Shown here: positions 61,557 to 64,000 of the stretch, in pieces | Layout: each line of letters starts with the position of its first letter | Position numbering within the stretch: position 1 is the first letter of the stretch | From: Penicillus capitatus | Lineage: Eukaryota > Plantae > Chlorophyta | DNA: 64,000 nt | Reading direction: 5' to 3' | Assembly: GCA_965649825.1 (NCBI GenBank) | Contig: OZ287698.1 | Location: 1-64,000 of the forward strand | Made by a program: the position numbers and the translations under genes | The notes under the pieces: generated by a model | Told to the model about the DNA's origin: nothing | What the model saw: the letters and a program-made list of their open reading frames with translations, nothing else | Database searches by the model: none

Positions 61557-62873
61557 CTATGCGGATTTGGGAAAGAGCGCATCTCTGTCATGCGGCTCCT
61601 CCCACCACGCGTCTCCGCCATTGGGGACAACGGCATAGTGATTCAGAACTGGATGTGAGCAGAAGTAATGATTCTTGATGTGCTTCATGTTGACGGTTGA
61701 ACGAATCTCGGGAATCTGGTAGAGTTCTCGGACATAATTCTTCAGATGCGGGTACTCGTGGATGGATTTCTTGTTGGTTTTGAAGTAAACGACATAAACT
61801 TCGTCAAAACGAATGAGGGTGCAGAAGAGACGAATGTCTGCCTCTGTGATGACATCGCCAGCAATGTATCTCTGTTTTGACAGAATCTCTTCACATCTGT
61901 CCAGACTCTCAAACAACTCCCTGCACACAACCAAAAAGATGACCAAGAATCGGGACACTTTCTCACATACGTGAATGCTTTGTCATAGGCTTGCTGGCTC
62001 TGTGCAAACCCGCAACGATAAACACCGTTGTTAATCGTTGGATACACCCACGCATTCACTGCATCTATCTTTTCAGCCAGGTGCTCGGGGTAGAGATTCA
62101 ATTCTGGATGTTTCGCCAAGTCATTGAAGGCAGAGTTGAACATACGTACAATCTCGGCGCTTTCATTGTTCACAATGCACTTCTTCTTTTTGTCCCACAA
62201 CACAGGAACTGAGTACTTTCCTGCAGAAATCACTTAATCCATGAATAGATCTGTCATGACAGATATCCGACCTCCTGTGTCGTTACTCAACTCGTACAGA
62301 TCTCTGATAAACTTGGCATCGTTGTTCGGATCGGGAATGCACCCTTCATTGTCGAACGATCCAAAGCCTTTTTGGTTCGGACCGGGTGGATCTGAAGGAT
62401 CTTTGAAAGCCCAACCTGCATGCTCATCTTTATCTGGGCGCGTCTTCTGCCACACTGGATGTGTCACCGAGAGGCCGATGTGGTCCTCTAGCCCCTATGC
62501 GTGCATACGACTGGCGTTCGCTCTCGGCATCGCATTGGAAACCTTGAGTGCACGAAAGGCGGCACAGCGACTCGCCCACGGACAGGCATAGGATATATAA
62601 AGATGATAGCGTCCACCTGCAACGAGATCTCGCTCGATTTTCAAAAAAGAGGCGACGAGGCAGACTTTCGGGTTCGAATTCGCCTCCCTTCTCGATGACG
62701 TTGCGATAAGCAGCGTCAACTCTTTTGAATTCTCCAGTCACGCTTGTCTCATCGAGTGCTGTGCGAACGGTCGCTGACATGACAACTTCTCGCCGTTTGG
62801 ATAGCAAAGCGGTTTGAACGACGAAAACGGGACGACTGAGATGCAAAGCCGTCGTCTGAAATAGGCACCGCAT
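61557..62873 (-). CDS. Glutathionyl-hydroquinone reductase / GST omega-like (ECM4/YqjG family), with N-terminal targeting peptide
   Basis: [72 protein letters not shown]. Confidence 0.94.
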
Positions 62874-62997
62874 AGAAGATCCCAGAAGCTGTTTGCTCTT
62901 TAGCGAAGAGTGACGAGAACTTAACGTAAGAGTCACCTCATCGGTGTTTGTACGTTCGTGCCTTGTGTTGATGCATGGCATGACGTCGCCTTCTACA

Positions 62998-64000
62998 ATG
63001 CAGAAGCGTTATCGTCGACCGGAACTCGAAGACGACCCCGTTGCTGCACAAACAGCAAAACTTCTCGAAGACACGTACGGACAACAATAAATATTGCTGC
63101 ATCATCCAATAAACGTGCTGCTTTGAACAGAGAAGAAGAATATGTCCCCATCAAGAAGAGGAGAGCGCTAGAAGAACAGGAAAGATTGAAAAGACTTGGA
63201 CATTTGCGGTCTATCAGAGACGAAAGAGATCTGGAGGACGAGAAGGAAGGGGAAGAACAAGCGAGACCGAAAGAGAGTTTGCTCGTCACGACAGTGCGTG
63301 CAAAGAGAGATGTGCCAGAGGCAACCGAAGCAGAAAAGCGCCTCCAAGAAGAACAAGAAGTACTGAAGCAGATTACCACGAAACAGGCACTGAAGAGCGT
63401 CAAGGAACTCGCCAAAGTGGAATTCTGTTCCATTGACGTATCTTTCCAGCCACGTTTGTGTCTTGCATCAAGGACGTGAAGTACACACAGAGTTTGGAAA
63501 CAGGATGGACGCCACCATCAAAGTATCGCCATATGACGGCTGAGGAGCAGCAGGCGATACGTGACAAGTTTCACATCATCTGTGAAGGAACACACATTCC
63601 GCCAGCCATTCCAAACCTGAGAGAAATGCGGTTTCCAAAATGCATTCTGCGACACCTGGAAGCAAAGAATATTCGCAAGCCAACACCCATTCAGATGCAA
63701 GGACTACCTGTTGCACTTTCTGGACGAGACATGATTGGGATTGCCTTTACTGGATCTGGGAAAACACTTGTGTTTCTCTTACCCCTGCTGATGATTGCCC
63801 TTCAAGAGGAGTACCGAATGCCTGTTGGCAGAGGAGAGGGACCCATTGGTTTGATCATCTGTCCCTCCAGAGAACTGGCTCGACAGACCATTGATGTCGC
63901 CGAAGGATTTCTGAAGGCACTGAAAAAAGACAGACAACCAGAAATGCGCGCGTTACTGGTCATCGGCGGAGTCGAAGTGAAAGCACAATGCGACGTGCTG
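62998..64000 (+). CDS. DDX41: DEAD-box RNA helicase DDX41/Abstrakt (RH35-like), 5' part; continues past the window
   Basis: YVPIKKRR, ALKSVKELAK, PTPIQMQGLPVALSGRDMIGIAFTGSGKTLVF, GEGPIGLIICPSRELARQT. Confidence 0.93.

Overview
Eukaryotic nuclear DNA from a compact-genome photosynthetic organism, most likely a green alga (inferred from a Chlamydomonas-like plastid FeSOD with transit peptide, ~50-65 bp GT-AG introns and tiny intergenic spacers). The genetic code is standard. The window has three zones. (1) 1-9.3 kb is a GC-rich 329-bp tandem satellite of at least 28 copies, with a 4277-bp (13-monomer) higher-order duplication and diverged edge units. (2) 9.3-23.9 kb is a nested transposon and pseudogene zone. 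It holds a decayed Ty3/gypsy element containing an 831-bp solo LTR, a tRNA-headed SINE with a 15-bp TSD, and a midasin-like AAA+ pseudogene split by a 4.5-kb gypsy element whose LTRs appear identical but whose pol is decayed. (3) 23.9-64 kb is a dense run of housekeeping genes: MFS transporter, NOT1, NDUFB10, mitochondrial DnaJ, m-AAA FtsH, FeSOD, SEC20, dephospho-CoA kinase, BAP31-like, SmD1, PPI1-like, FAB1-like PIP kinase, LSG1, a TTP-like CCCH protein, GST-omega-like and DDX41. Three collinear anchors show that 14.3-24.0 kb and 54.2-58.4 kb descend from one segmental duplication with reciprocal loss of MFS and LSG1, which were only 28 bp apart in the ancestral block. Exon boundaries were read by eye and no database searches were run.
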